This document shows positions 1-9,721 of a DNA stretch of 64,000 nucleotides, in pieces (position 1 is the first letter of the stretch; each line of letters begins with the position of its first letter). This DNA comes from Bacteroidota bacterium (GTDB taxonomy: Bacteria; Bacteroidota; Ignavibacteria; UBA10030), in assembly GCA_041695085.1 (NCBI GenBank), contig JBGFRO010000023.1, positions 70,559 to 134,558 on the forward strand, read 5' to 3'. The notes under the pieces were generated by a model. The model ran no database searches. It had not been told where the DNA came from and saw only the letters and a list, made by a program, of their open reading frames with translations. A program made the position numbers and the translations under genes.

Positions 1-1835
1 TCTATCTGACCGACATCAACGGGAATTTTGTCTATGCAAACCCGGCAGGGCTTAGACTCTCCGGCTACACACTTGACGAGTTAAAGCAGCTGAACTATCT
101 CGACCTCATCGTTCCGAGCCACAAGCGACGTGTCTCTAGAGAGTACATGAAGCAGTACCTGCGGATGACTCCTTCGACGACTATCGACTTTCCGTTTCGT
201 ACGAAATCGGGGGAAATTCGATGGTTTAGCCAAGCCTCGACGCTGATCGTTGAGGATGAGACACCGACGGGCTTCCGTATTATCGCACGCGACATTACAG
301 ACCGTCAGTTGGCGGAGGAGAAGGTCAAAGAAAGCGAGGAGCGTTATCGGGAGCTATTCGATGAAGCCCTTACCGGCAACTATGTCTCGCGGCCGGATGG
401 AACCATCGTTGCCTGCAATAAAACGTTTGCACGAATCTTTGGATATGATTCCCCGGAAGAAGCGATGACGAGACATGCGAGCGACTTCCATAAGAATCCG
501 GAAGCCCGGCAGAAGTTCCTCGACCTCGTCCGGATGAAAAAGAAGCTGGAGCACTTTGAAGGTGAGGCTCGAAAAAAGGACGGAACGGTGATTCATATTA
601 TCGAGAATGTTAGCGGCAAATTCAATGATGAAGGTGAACTGTTCGAAATCCAGGGTCAGGTTTACGATAACACGGAGCGGAAGAAGCTGGAAGACCATCT
701 CCGACATGCCCAGAAAATGGAGAGCATCGGCACGTTGGCGAGCGGCATTGCGCACGATTTCAACAACATTCTCGGAATCATTCTGGGTCACGCCTCTCTT
801 CTCGCCTATGATCCGTCGCAGTCGGAACGTGTGAGCCAAAGCCTCAAGGCGATTACGCAAGCGACACAACGCGGTGCATCGCTCGTCAAGCAAATGCTTG
901 TCTTCGCGCGGAAGACCGAAACAGTGTTGCAACCCCTGGATATTCGAATCCTGCTGAAAGAAATCAGTCAGATGCTGAAGGAAACGTTTCCCAAGACGAT
1001 CGACTTTCGCTTTGTTGTGTCTCGCGATCTTCCGCTGGTGGTAGGGGATATGACGCAGTTGCATCAGGTGATTCTCAACCTCTGCATCAACGCGCGGGAT
1101 GCAATGCCCGAAGGTGGGACGCTTACTCTTGCGGCAGGTACGGTGTACGCACATGAGCTTCGTTACCGATTTCGCGATATTCGACACAAGGCATACATCT
1201 CCATCAGTGTTCAGGATACCGGCCACGGCATGGAAGAAGGAGTTCGAGAGCGGATTTTCGAGCCGTTTTTTACAACGAAAGCTCCGGGTCGCGGCACGGG
1301 CTTGGGCCTTGCCGTCGTTCACGGAATCGTCACCGCCCACGGCGGCATAATTGATGTGGATAGCCAGGTTGGCCGCGGATCGATATTTCACGTCTACCTG
1401 CCGGTGCAGGAGCGCCCGCTCGAACTGATGCCCCGTGAAACGAGCACTCTCGACTCTGTCCGAGGAGGCACTGAAACCTTGCTGGTGGTGGAGGATGAGG
1501 AGACGCTCCGCTCAGCCCTGCTCAATATGCTGAAAGAGAAGGGGTATCGGGTAATTTCCGCGGGGGATGGCGAAGAGGCAATTCGATTGTTTCAGCGGCA
1601 TCGGGACGAACTGGCCGCGATCGTCAGTGATCTGGGTCTGCCGAAAATACCCGGCGATGAGGTGTTACGACGCGTTCGCTCGTCTAATCCGACTATTCGG
1701 ACGATGCTGGTGAGCGGCTATTTGGATCCGGCCGCGAAAGGAAATCTCATGCAGGAACTGAGATGCGAGTTTCTGCAGAAACCGTATGGATTCGAAGAGA
1801 TCCTGCGCTCGATCAGAACGATGTTGGATCGTTGA
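1..1835 (+). CDS. Hybrid sensor histidine kinase (PAS-PAS-HisKA-HATPase_c with C-terminal receiver domain), 5' end cut by window edge
   Basis: Frame is open from nt 3 ([30 protein letters not shown] = PAS). Second PAS follows, then H-box [17 protein letters not shown] and HATPase G-boxes ([15 protein letters not shown]). The C-terminal part is a REC domain ([15 protein letters not shown]...VSDLGLP). Stop at 1833-1835. Confidence 0.85.
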   Translation, partial: YLTDINGNFVYANPAGLRLSGYTLDELKQLNYLDLIVPSHKRRVSREYMKQYLRMTPSTTIDFPFRTKSGEIRWFSQASTLIVEDETPTGFRIIARDITDRQLAEEKVKESEERYRELFDEALTGNYVSRPDGTIVACNKTFARIFGYDSPEEAMTRHASDFHKNPEARQKFLDLVRMKKKLEHFEGEARKKDGTVIHIIENVSGKFNDEGELFEIQGQVYDNTERKKLEDHLRHAQKMESIGTLASGIAHDFNNILGIILGHASLLAYDPSQSERVSQSLKAITQATQRGASLVKQMLVFARKTETVLQPLDIRILLKEISQMLKETFPKTIDFRFVVSRDLPLVVGDMTQLHQVILNLCINARDAMPEGGTLTLAAGTVYAHELRYRFRDIRHKAYISISVQDTGHGMEEGVRERIFEPFFTTKAPGRGTGLGLAVVHGIVTAHGGIIDVDSQVGRGSIFHVYLPVQERPLELMPRETSTLDSVRGGTETLLVVEDEETLRSALLNMLKEKGYRVISAGDGEEAIRLFQRHRDELAAIVSDLGLPKIPGDEVLRRVRSSNPTIRTMLVSGYLDPAAKGNLMQELRCEFLQKPYGFEEILRSIRTMLDR

Positions 1836-1952
1836 AGGCGGTGTTTGCACTGTTCGCCAAGGGTTCTGCGAGAGAACTCGGTTGGAGCAGGCGGATGTGA
1901 CTCAAAGTAGCTGAAATCCTCTTGCGTTGCATTCGGAGAGTGTCTTGCCGTG

Positions 1953-2921
1953 CTAGCGGCTTCTCATTCCCTTCCCAAATTCCATTCGTTCGCCCACCGT
2001 TACAGGTAACTTTCCGGAGAACCGCTGCTTGGCGTACAACGCGTCGGCGATTGCATCCGTATAGATGACCCCGTCAAAGCCGAGCCGCTGGCGCAGCAAT
2101 CCGTTGATGGCATTTGGCGAGAGTGTGGCCGGAATCGTATCGCTGTCCACCGCCTTGATCCACAAGTGCGATATCATGACGGCATAGGGAGGAGCGCGCC
2201 GGAGGGTCTCCTTGTAGGGGAAAAGCTCGATCATTTCAAATTCCTCCGGATTGCTGGAGACGACTCAAAGGTGGGAGTGGGAATCGATTTCCGTGTTGCC
2301 GTGTCCCGGAAAGTGCTTCGTCGTGGCGAGAAGGCCTCCATCCTGATACCCTTTGATGGCAGCGATGGCAAGTTGGGCGACGAGCTTCGGATCCTCACTG
2401 TAGGAACGCGTGTTGATGACGGGGTTTTTCGGGTTGTTATTCACTTCAACGATGGGGGCGAAGTTCACGTGGACACCGATTGTGCGTGCTTCCCTTGCGG
2501 TGAGCAGTGCGGCTTTGCAGACCAAGTCCGAATTCCTCGACGCTCCCAATGCCATATTGATGGGAAGATCCGTTGCGCCGTCGACGTAGGTTCCCGCTCC
2601 TTTTTCGAAGTCGACTGTAACAAGAAGCGGATATTTCGATCTTTGCTGGAGCGCGTTCAGTTTCACGGCAATTCGTTTTGTTTCAGTTCAGGCGAACCAA
2701 ATGCCGCCGATGTTGTATTCACTGGTCCACTCTTTCATCCGATCCATGTTGGAATGTACCGGGACGAGAAGTCGTCCGATTTTTTCCTCGAGCGTCATGT
2801 CTCCCAACGTTCGTTCTACCCACATCTCGTCAGGAGGGAGGAGCTGGGCGGACGTCGTGCGAAAAGCAAAGCCTGTCAGCAGCAGAATGGAGAGTGTCTC
2901 CATGGCTCTTCTTGAGTGCAA
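1953..2921 (-). pseudogene. Glycoside hydrolase family 3 beta-N-acetylhexosaminidase (NagZ-like) interrupted by two in-frame TGA codons
   Basis: Three minus-strand ORFs (2688..2921, 2265..2666, 1953..2234) share one reading frame and are separated only by TGA codons (plus strand tca at 2688-2690 and 2265-2267). Concatenated they read signal peptide METLSILLLTGFAFRTTSAQ, EEKIGRLL, GGIWFA*...LLVTVDFEKGAG...KHFPGHGNTEIDSHSHL*VVSSNPEEFEMIELFPY...GFDGVIYTDAI. These are GH3 N-terminal-domain hallmarks (KHFPGHG, DSH). Confidence 0.7.
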
Positions 2922-3225
2922 GGGAATGAAATGCGATCGGATGAATCCCGATCTTGGGTGATCTCTGCGGACTGAATCAATCGGTCCTCGTTACCAACTC
3001 CACTTCAGAGGAAACACATTACTATCGATTGTCTCGAGGTGGGAAGAAAATGCGCGAGGGGACTATTGAGATGAATAGAGTGATGACACGAGCTACACAC
3101 TCGGCTGAGGTTGAACAATCCTTTCAAATGACAGAACTCAAAGAACGATTATGGGAGTGTGAAACACTATAGGGGCATGCTGTTTCTCTTGGCCTTCTTC
3201 GCGTTTGAGTTGTTTCAACAACCTG

Positions 3226-3777
3226 TCAGGAGATGAAGACCTTGCGCAATTCGACCGACAGACCTTGCATCGAGTGGACGGTCAGTGAGTCGGTCCGAGC
3301 GGCTTTGGCAATGAGTCGATACGTCGTGCCGCTGAGGACGTATTGTTCAACCGTCTGTGAGATTGGATCGACGATCCAGTATTCTTTGACGCCGTGCTGT
3401 TCATACAGCTTCTTCTTTGTGGTGCGGTCTGTGGTTTCAGATGATTCAGAAAGAATTTCGATGACAAGATCCGGCGCGGCGATGATGTTCTTTTTCGTGA
3501 TGATGTGTGATCTCTCGGCCGACACGAAAACGATGTCGGGTTGAACGACCGTTGTCATCGAAAAGACCACGTCCATCGGTGCATCGAACACTTCACCGAG
3601 CGAATGTTTGGTGGCGTACGAATGGAGGACGAACTCCAGGTTTCTCGAAATGCGTTGGTGGTCGGTTTCCGGTGCCGGTGTCATGACTAATTCTCCTTCG
3701 AGAATTTCGTACCGATTCCCATCATTCGGGAGCTTCAGGTAGTCATCGTATGTCACAACCATTCTGGTGGTTTCCAT
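3226..3777 (-). CDS. Uma2-family (DUF820) PD-(D/E)XK endonuclease-like protein
   Basis: 183 aa; the overall sequence (YEILEGELVMTPAP...PDLVIEILS...KKKLYEQHGVKEYWIVDP) is typical of the Uma2/DUF820 family. Confidence 0.8.
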   Translation of the reverse strand: METTRMVVTYDDYLKLPNDGNRYEILEGELVMTPAPETDHQRISRNLEFVLHSYATKHSLGEVFDAPMDVVFSMTTVVQPDIVFVSAERSHIITKKNIIAAPDLVIEILSESSETTDRTTKKKLYEQHGVKEYWIVDPISQTVEQYVLSGTTYRLIAKAARTDSLTVHSMQGLSVELRKVFIS

Positions 3778-3835
3778 AGCCCATTTTCACCTGGTTTAGT
3801 ATACGGAGTGGCCTTCCAAAATTCAAGCGATGCAG

Positions 3836-3957
3836 TTACACCTTTGCCAGAGCTTGTTTCAAGTCGTCGATGATGTCTTCCAGATCCTCAATACCGACAG
3901 AGATGCGCACCAGTCCATCCGTGACGCCGATTGCTTTTCGCTCCTCCGGCTCGGATG
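3836..3957 (-). pseudogene. 3'-terminal remnant (about 41 codons) of a Cys/Met-metabolism PLP-dependent enzyme (CGS/CGL family)
   Basis: The minus-strand frame reads [40 protein letters not shown]. This matches the C-terminus of the intact gene at 6360..7499 (...[36 protein letters not shown]) at about 65% nt identity. It is preceded by an in-frame stop, so only the tail is present. Confidence 0.55.
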
Positions 3958-4008
3958 TCTAACGGCGTGCTGATACGTTGAGGAAGCCGAAGGCGACTCT
4001 CAGCTTCA

Positions 4009-4608
4009 TCAGCCTATTAGCCGGCGGGGTGCTACGACATAGCAGCCAGCGCGGGAGGTATGATCCTGCACCCACGCTTTCGACGGCACGCCGCGCAGCA
4101 GCCAGAGAATAGCCAGGTCACCGCCTGCCACAAAGGTGAAAACCATACCAAATGCCCCCAGACGCGCCTCGGCAAGGGACAACCCAACACAGAAGGGAAG
4201 CATTCCCAGGACCAACAGAGGCATCAGTGTCCCGAGCCGATATGCACGCGCCTGCAGTGGCAGGCGTGGATGGGCATAGGGTGTAAAGCTCTTCGCTTGA
4301 AATCCGAATCGGATGTCTCGCCAGCGGAGGGCACCAGCGATCTTCCAACTGACGCCATGGACGAGTTCGTGGACCAACACACCCGCGATGAACACGGGGC
4401 CGCCGATACGAAGCGTGAAGAGCGTCTCAAGGCCGGCGCGCAGGTCACTCCATCGATGCACCGCCGAGAAGATCCCCCCTTGGAGCAGGACCAAGGGGCC
4501 GGCGAGGACGAAAAGGTACAGCAGCGCGCCCTCCATGGAAACCGAACGGTCCTCTAGGATCTCCGAGCCCGGAGCGACCGTCGGTGGGGGTGCCTCAGTG
4601 CGCGGCAT
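4009..4608 (-). CDS. DUF3267-like polytopic membrane protein with HExxH motif (putative zinc metalloprotease)
   Basis: 199 aa with several hydrophobic segments and a VHELVHGVSW motif. It overlaps the upstream ORF by 14 nt, so the two look like an operon. The region looks GC-richer than the neighbouring genes. Confidence 0.5.
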   Translation of the reverse strand: MPRTEAPPPTVAPGSEILEDRSVSMEGALLYLFVLAGPLVLLQGGIFSAVHRWSDLRAGLETLFTLRIGGPVFIAGVLVHELVHGVSWKIAGALRWRDIRFGFQAKSFTPYAHPRLPLQARAYRLGTLMPLLVLGMLPFCVGLSLAEARLGAFGMVFTFVAGGDLAILWLLRGVPSKAWVQDHTSRAGCYVVAPRRLIG

Positions 4609-5233
4609 CGCTTCGCTCCTCTCCTACCGACACGGCACCGAGCTGGATGCCGCGATAACGTGCAAAATCCAGCCGCTGCAGGCGTTCCACGAGGAGGACG
4701 GCGATCAAGGGGAGCGCGGCATAGAACGCGATCCAGACTGGAAACCGCCGTTTAAGCTCGACATACGACTCAACAGGCACGGCCGTCGCCAGGTTGTTCA
4801 TGATCAGGATAAGGGTCCATAGGATCAGGGTCCGCGGCGTTACATAGCCGAGGACGTAAGCAACTACCCTCCAAGGCTGAGCGTGCAGGAGAGCGTTCGC
4901 CCGCTGGTCGAAATAGTGTTTCTTGAAAGCGCGCAGATCTACATGCGGCGCGGCGGGAAAGTTGTCGACGGGCCGGAAGAGATACTGAGCATGGAGAAAC
5001 GTCGAGACGATCACCACAACCAATGCTGCTGCGATCAATGCCGGCCATCCGCCGCCCGCGAGGGGGTTCAACTCCCGCGCGAGGTCCGGCGTCGCCAGGT
5101 GCGTGGTGATCCCATCCCCGACCCGCGTGAGCACCACCAGGGAGGTCATAGCCGCGAATTCGACTTGAGGACGCATCTTGCATCTCCGATCAGGCGTATG
5201 GTAGAAGACAGGCGGCAAGATTGCGGGCTCCAC
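4595..5233 (-). CDS. Hypothetical integral membrane protein
   Basis: 212-aa ORF with multiple hydrophobic stretches (ALIAAALVVVIVSTFL, LILWTLILIMNNL, VWIAFYAALPLIAVLLV). The start is uncertain; internal Met at MRPQVEF or MTSLVV is possible. It overlaps the 4009..4608 gene. Confidence 0.4.
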   Translation of the reverse strand: MEPAILPPVFYHTPDRRCKMRPQVEFAAMTSLVVLTRVGDGITTHLATPDLARELNPLAGGGWPALIAAALVVVIVSTFLHAQYLFRPVDNFPAAPHVDLRAFKKHYFDQRANALLHAQPWRVVAYVLGYVTPRTLILWTLILIMNNLATAVPVESYVELKRRFPVWIAFYAALPLIAVLLVERLQRLDFARYRGIQLGAVSVGEERSDAAH

Positions 5234-5239
5234 CTCCGG

Positions 5240-5986
5240 CTAACGCTCCGGTTCAGCGGCTGCGCGCAGCGTTGTCCGCTGGATGCTGTTGTGAGCCACT
5301 TTTTGAACATCGACCATTGGCGGACTCAGGATTAGATCGGCGAAGTAGAACCCGTCTCGTTCCAGAACCTCGCCCATCGTCACGCGCAGCCGCTCGCGGA
5401 ACATAGGTCCGGCGAGGACACATGTGTGGAACTCACCGTTCTCGCCACACGGATCGACGCCTTCCGGCAGTTCCGCGAGCAAGGTGTGATCAAAGTTGCG
5501 GCCAGCGAAGGAGCGCGAGAGTTTTTTTGGGTCGACGCAGGTAAGGACAGCTTCGACACCAGCGTCGATCATGCGTCGAGCGAGTGGCTCCGTCGGTTCC
5601 TGCCAAATCGGAAAGAGCGGCTCCAAGCCAGTGCCTCCGAGCTGCCTGATTCGGTACGCGCGGATGTCCTCCAGGAAGAGGTCTCCAAAGGCGATGTGCG
5701 TTACACCCCCCTTGAGCCCCTCTTCTATCGCTCCGCGCATCGCGCGCTCGTACACCTCGTTGGAGCAGGGCCACGGGAGCGGGATAATGTGAAGCGGAAG
5801 CCCAACCGCACGCGCCTGCGCCTCAACGATCGCGAGGCGAGTCGAATGCATCGCGACTCGCCCGTGGGTAGTATTGACAGTCGTCAGGAGGCCGACGACC
5901 TCGACGTCCGGATCCTGCCGTAGCATATGCAAGCTCCAGGCGCTGTCCTTGCCCGAACTCCATGAAAGCAGCACGCGGCGCGGCAT
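5240..5986 (-). CDS. PP-loop ATP pyrophosphatase-family protein (MJ0570/diphthine-ammonia ligase-like adenine nucleotide alpha-hydrolase)
   Basis: 248 aa; the N-terminal VLLSWSSGKDSAWSL is an SGGxDS-type PP-loop, followed by HIAFGDLFLEDIRAYR and EPLFPIW motifs typical of this family. Confidence 0.6.
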   Translation of the reverse strand: MPRRVLLSWSSGKDSAWSLHMLRQDPDVEVVGLLTTVNTTHGRVAMHSTRLAIVEAQARAVGLPLHIIPLPWPCSNEVYERAMRGAIEEGLKGGVTHIAFGDLFLEDIRAYRIRQLGGTGLEPLFPIWQEPTEPLARRMIDAGVEAVLTCVDPKKLSRSFAGRNFDHTLLAELPEGVDPCGENGEFHTCVLAGPMFRERLRVTMGEVLERDGFYFADLILSPPMVDVQKVAHNSIQRTTLRAAAEPER

Positions 5987-6359
5987 CAGATAAACACCCC
6001 CAAAGCGCGGTTGACTGGTGCTGAGTTGTCCACGCGAACTCTACGCTCAAGTAACTGCCGCGGTACTTCAGGCCCAACTCCTTGTCCCAATGCCCCAGGT
6101 TCGGAAATCATGATGTCGGTATCAAATAGGTCGTTGGGTAGATCAGCGAGACCAGCTTCTTTCTTTCAACTCCGATTGTGACGGGATTTGGCAACAAAGA
6201 TAGCTCATCGGCTTACCATTCACGGCAATGATCGCATCGGCATCGACACGACTTTGCCCTCATGGCAATCTGTTGCATGGGTAAGCCGTCAGAATGTAGA
6301 CAACGTTGCCGTTGGTGTCAAGTGCACTGCGAAAAGTTTGGTGCAATTGTCTCCGGCTT

Positions 6360-7499
6360 CTAGATCACCTTCAGAGCCTGCTTCAAATCCGCAATAATAT
6401 CCTCAACATTTTCTATCCCAACAGAAATCCTCACCAATCCGTCGGTTACGCCGATTGCCATGCGTTCCTCCGGTGGCACGGAAGCGTGCGTCATCGTGGC
6501 GGGATGTGAAATAAGTGTCTCCACTCCCCCCAGACTTTCCGCTAAAGCGCACAATTGAACCGACTTCAGGAACATCTTTGCGCGGTCGAGACTGCCGAGG
6601 TCAAATGAAATCATGCCCCCGAATCCACGCATTTGTTTTTGCGCCAAGCGGTGTTGGGGATGAGTGATGAGTCCGGGATAGTTTACTTTCTCAATCTTTC
6701 TCTGCTTGCTGAGCCAAAGAGCCACTTCCATTGCGTTGGTGTGGTGACGGTCCATGCGAACCGCAAGCGTCTTAATGCCGCGGAGACACTGCCACGCATC
6801 AAAGGGGCTCATCACTCCGCCGGTCGACTTTTGAATGAAGAGCAACCGTTCGGTGAGGGCAGGATCGTTCAGAACGACCAATCCCCCCAACATATCGCTG
6901 TGGCCGTTGATGTACTTCGTCGCGCTATGGACAACGATGTCAATTCCGTAATCGAGCGGATTCTGCGCATACGGCGTGGCAAAGGTGTTATCGACCACAG
7001 AAACAAGCTTATGGTTCTTGCTTAGTTTTGCAACGGCTGTTAGGTCGGTAATTTCCATCGTCGGATTGGTGGGCGTTTCGATGAAGACCATCTTGGTGTT
7101 CGGCTGTATCGCGTTCTTAACGTAATTGATGTCGGTTGTATCGACAAACTCGAAGTCGAGTTGAAAGTTGTTGAGCACAAGTTTGCCGAGCCGGTACGTG
7201 CCGCCGTAGACGTTGCGCGAAAGGATGACGTGATCGCCCGAGGCGAGGAGGTGAAAGATGGCTGTTTCCGCTGCCATGCCGGAAGCGAAGGCGAGTCCGG
7301 TTGCTCCGTTCTCGAGCGCGGCAATGTTTTTTTCGAGCACTGTGCGCGTTGGATTCGACACGCGCGAGTACTCATACCCTTTGTTCTTCCCCAGCTCCTC
7401 CTGCACATACGTGGAGGTGAGGTGAATGGGGGTCATGATCGAACCGGTGGATGGATCCGGCTCAATGCCGGCGTGCACTGCTTTTGTGGAAAAGCCCAT
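6360..7499 (-). CDS. Cystathionine gamma-synthase / gamma-lyase family PLP-dependent enzyme (Cys/Met metabolism)
   Basis: The 413-aa ORF contains MGFSTKAVHAGIEPDPSTGSIMTPIHLTSTY...SATKYINGHSD (PLP-lysine motif)...[20 protein letters not shown]. The likely real start is the internal ATG at 7497-7499 (MGFSTKAVHAG), which is preceded by AAGGAG. The longer N-terminal extension is probably spurious. Confidence 0.85.
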   Translation of the reverse strand: MGFSTKAVHAGIEPDPSTGSIMTPIHLTSTYVQEELGKNKGYEYSRVSNPTRTVLEKNIAALENGATGLAFASGMAAETAIFHLLASGDHVILSRNVYGGTYRLGKLVLNNFQLDFEFVDTTDINYVKNAIQPNTKMVFIETPTNPTMEITDLTAVAKLSKNHKLVSVVDNTFATPYAQNPLDYGIDIVVHSATKYINGHSDMLGGLVVLNDPALTERLLFIQKSTGGVMSPFDAWQCLRGIKTLAVRMDRHHTNAMEVALWLSKQRKIEKVNYPGLITHPQHRLAQKQMRGFGGMISFDLGSLDRAKMFLKSVQLCALAESLGGVETLISHPATMTHASVPPEERMAIGVTDGLVRISVGIENVEDIIADLKQALKVI

Positions 7500-7643
7500 G
7501 GTAGTTCTCCTTATATCGCGGATGCTCACTGATGATCGCGGATACTCACGGATGATGGGATCTGGATGGGGAGGACGAAGCGAGGTGATTGCCCGTATCA
7601 TCCCGACACCGAGCTTGAGCCCGTCCGTGGATTATTGGTGTCG

Positions 7644-8036
7644 TTATTTGTTCTGCGCTGTAAAGATCAATCTCTTGAATTGCACTCGAGAACCAAAATT
7701 AATCAGGAGGCCGAGTTGAAAGTGAGTGTTCTTCAGATAACCGAGAAGTTGGGCTTCATGGCTCTTCAAGAGGCGATCAACTGCCTTAGTCTCCACAATT
7801 ACTCTCTCCTCTACGAGTAGGTCGACAATCTGCTCACCAACCTTGTGGTAGTCGAAGTAGACCGGTAAAGCCTTCTGTTGTTCAACGCTTAAACCCAGAT
7901 CTCGAAGTCCTATGGACAGGGCGTTCTCGTAGACCTTTTCGCTCAGTCCCTTCCCCAAGCTGTTGTGCACCTTGAAGGCGGCACCGATGATCTTTTGCGT
8001 CAAATCCCCATACAACAGTGTTTGTCTCGTAGTCAT
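7644..8036 (-). CDS. GxxExxY-family protein (PD-(D/E)XK fold)
   Basis: 130 aa; the N-terminal LTQKIIGAAFKVHNSLGKGLSEKVYENAL is the family signature (IIG..x.VH..LG.G..E..Y). It sits between the two transsulfuration genes. Confidence 0.8.
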   Translation of the reverse strand: MTTRQTLLYGDLTQKIIGAAFKVHNSLGKGLSEKVYENALSIGLRDLGLSVEQQKALPVYFDYHKVGEQIVDLLVEERVIVETKAVDRLLKSHEAQLLGYLKNTHFQLGLLINFGSRVQFKRLIFTAQNK

Positions 8037-8080
8037 TTGGAGTGGGCCGATCCGCGAGCATCTGTGTTAATCTGTGAGTA

Positions 8081-9466
8081 TCAGCGTGACATGTACTCGA
8101 TCACGTCATACCGTGTCAGGATGCCGATGATCTTTCGTTCTTCTTCCACCAGTACCGCATGATGCTTTTTGGAGAGGTACGAAATGGCAGAGTTGATCAG
8201 ATCGTCGACATGAACACGAGGGAATGGATCCTTCATAACCGTGCTGACCGGCGCGTCGAACAGAGCGGGATTACTCAACACCGCACTCATAATGTCGCTC
8301 TCCTCCACACTCCCAACGGGCTCCCCCTTCTCCAACACCGGCAGCTGAGAGACATTGTGCTCGCCGATGAGGTCGAGCGCTTTGCGGATCGTTGTGACAG
8401 GATCTATTGAGACAAGGCTGGGAACCCCCTTTTTCCCCTCTAACACGTAGCGAACGGTAATGCGCTCCGGAACGAGAAAACGATGTTCTCGCATCCAGTC
8501 GTCGTTGTAGATCTTACTCAGATATCGTTCACCAGTATCCGGCAGGAGCACCACCATGACCTCGTTTTCACCGAGACGCTCCGCCACCTTCAAAGCGCCG
8601 GCCATTGCCGTTCCTGCCGATCCCCCTACAAAAATTCCTTCCTCTCTCGTCAAACGACGCGCCATCAGGAACGACTCCTTGTCCGTTACCTCAACGACTT
8701 CGTCGACAAATTCGAAATGAAGAACACCGGGCACGTAATCTTGCCCGATCCCCTCCACTTTGTAGGTTTTGAAGACGGGCGAGTATTTTTTTGTGTAGAA
8801 ATACTCTCTCAACACCGATCCTTTCGGATCGATGCCAATGACCTTTATGTTAGGGTTCTTTTCCTTCAGAAATCTCCCGGCACCGCTTATGGTGCCGCCG
8901 GTTCCAATTCCGCAAACGAAATAATCGATCTGTCCGCTGGTCTGCTCCCAAATTTCCGGGCCGGTGGTCCGATAATGAGCCTCAGGATTTTTGGGGTTGT
9001 AGTATTGGTTGGCGAGGATGGAATTGGGAGTCTCGCGAACGATCCGCTTGGCAACTTCCGTGTAGCTTTCAGGCGATTCGTGAGGGACAGCGGTGGGTGT
9101 GACGATTACTTCGGCGCCAAATGCTCTGAGTAAGCGTATCTTTTCGATGCTCATCTTATCGGGCATAGTAAAGATGCATTTGTAGCCCTTCACCGCAGCG
9201 GCAATGGCTAATCCCAAGCCGGTATTTCCCGACGTCGATTCGACGATCGTCCCGCCGGGTTTGAGTCTCCCCTCCCGTTCCGCCTCTTCAATCATCCCAA
9301 TTCCGATGCGGTCTTTGACAGATCCGCCCGGATTGAAATATTCAACTTTCACGAAAATGTGAGGTTTATAACCTTTCGAGATTCTGTTGAGTCGAACGAG
9401 CGGGGTTTTTCCGATGGTCTCCAGTATTGTTTCGCAATATTGCATCTTCTCGAGATCCGTGAGCAT
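8081..9466 (-). CDS. Cystathionine beta-synthase (PLP cysteine-synthase fold plus C-terminal CBS-domain pair)
   Basis: 461 aa with TIGKTPLVRL, FNPGGSVKDRIG (PLP lysine), STSGNTGLGLA and GIGTGGTISG. The C-terminal ~120 aa are tandem CBS domains (VSQLPVLEKGEPVGSV..., HHAVLVEEERKIIGILTRYDV). Confidence 0.85.
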   Translation of the reverse strand: MLTDLEKMQYCETILETIGKTPLVRLNRISKGYKPHIFVKVEYFNPGGSVKDRIGIGMIEEAEREGRLKPGGTIVESTSGNTGLGLAIAAAVKGYKCIFTMPDKMSIEKIRLLRAFGAEVIVTPTAVPHESPESYTEVAKRIVRETPNSILANQYYNPKNPEAHYRTTGPEIWEQTSGQIDYFVCGIGTGGTISGAGRFLKEKNPNIKVIGIDPKGSVLREYFYTKKYSPVFKTYKVEGIGQDYVPGVLHFEFVDEVVEVTDKESFLMARRLTREEGIFVGGSAGTAMAGALKVAERLGENEVMVVLLPDTGERYLSKIYNDDWMREHRFLVPERITVRYVLEGKKGVPSLVSIDPVTTIRKALDLIGEHNVSQLPVLEKGEPVGSVEESDIMSAVLSNPALFDAPVSTVMKDPFPRVHVDDLINSAISYLSKKHHAVLVEEERKIIGILTRYDVIEYMSR

Positions 9467-9627
9467 GCAGTGTAGCTCCGAGGTTGTTGGGTTTTTTTAG
9501 GAAAATGTGTGTGAATATACGATGAATCTCACCTACTTGAAAGACGCCGGAAAGCAAATTGAGCACACACCTATCTGGGGTTCAGCGATGGAGTTGTCAA
9601 CGACCGTTTTACCATTGGATATTTAGC

Positions 9628-9656
9628 TTGACTTTCCCTCCTAAATTCTGTATACT
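9628..9656 (+). promoter_or_regulatory. Candidate sigma-70-type promoter upstream of efp (TTGACT-17-TATACT)
   Basis: TTGACT at 9628-9633 and TATACT at 9651-9656 are separated by exactly 17 bp, about 65 bp upstream of the efp ATG. No experimental support; the organism may use different consensus elements. Confidence 0.3.
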
Positions 9657-9721
9657 TTCACCCCAATTTTCTGCAAAATGGAGCATTTTTTGATAGAAAT
9701 GAGAGAATTTTGAGAGTTTTT

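Noticed and set aside
2265-2690. Selenocysteine or UGA recoding in the GH3 gene
   Set aside because: Many other genes in the window terminate with TGA at sensible positions, so TGA functions as a stop. GH3 enzymes are not selenoproteins, and one TGA replaces a conserved Pro rather than Cys. A pseudogene or sequencing error is more parsimonious, though it is flagged for checking.
2166-2915. 249-aa plus-strand ORF
   Set aside because: It is entirely antisense to the GH3 gene, which has clear family motifs. It has no motifs of its own.
6236-6352. Possible PDZ-domain gene fragment (..GQSRVDADAIIAVNGKPMSYL..) on the minus strand
   Set aside because: Only about 15 residues resemble a PDZ GxVIxAVNGxP motif, and it is bounded by stops on both sides. 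It is too short to call. It is mentioned only as context for the insert boundaries.
7500-7601. N-terminal 34-aa extension of the metB-like ORF (MIRAITSLRPPHPDP...)
   Set aside because: The internal ATG at 7497-7499 has a good AAGGAG RBS and gives the canonical family N-terminus. The extension has no homology-like character.
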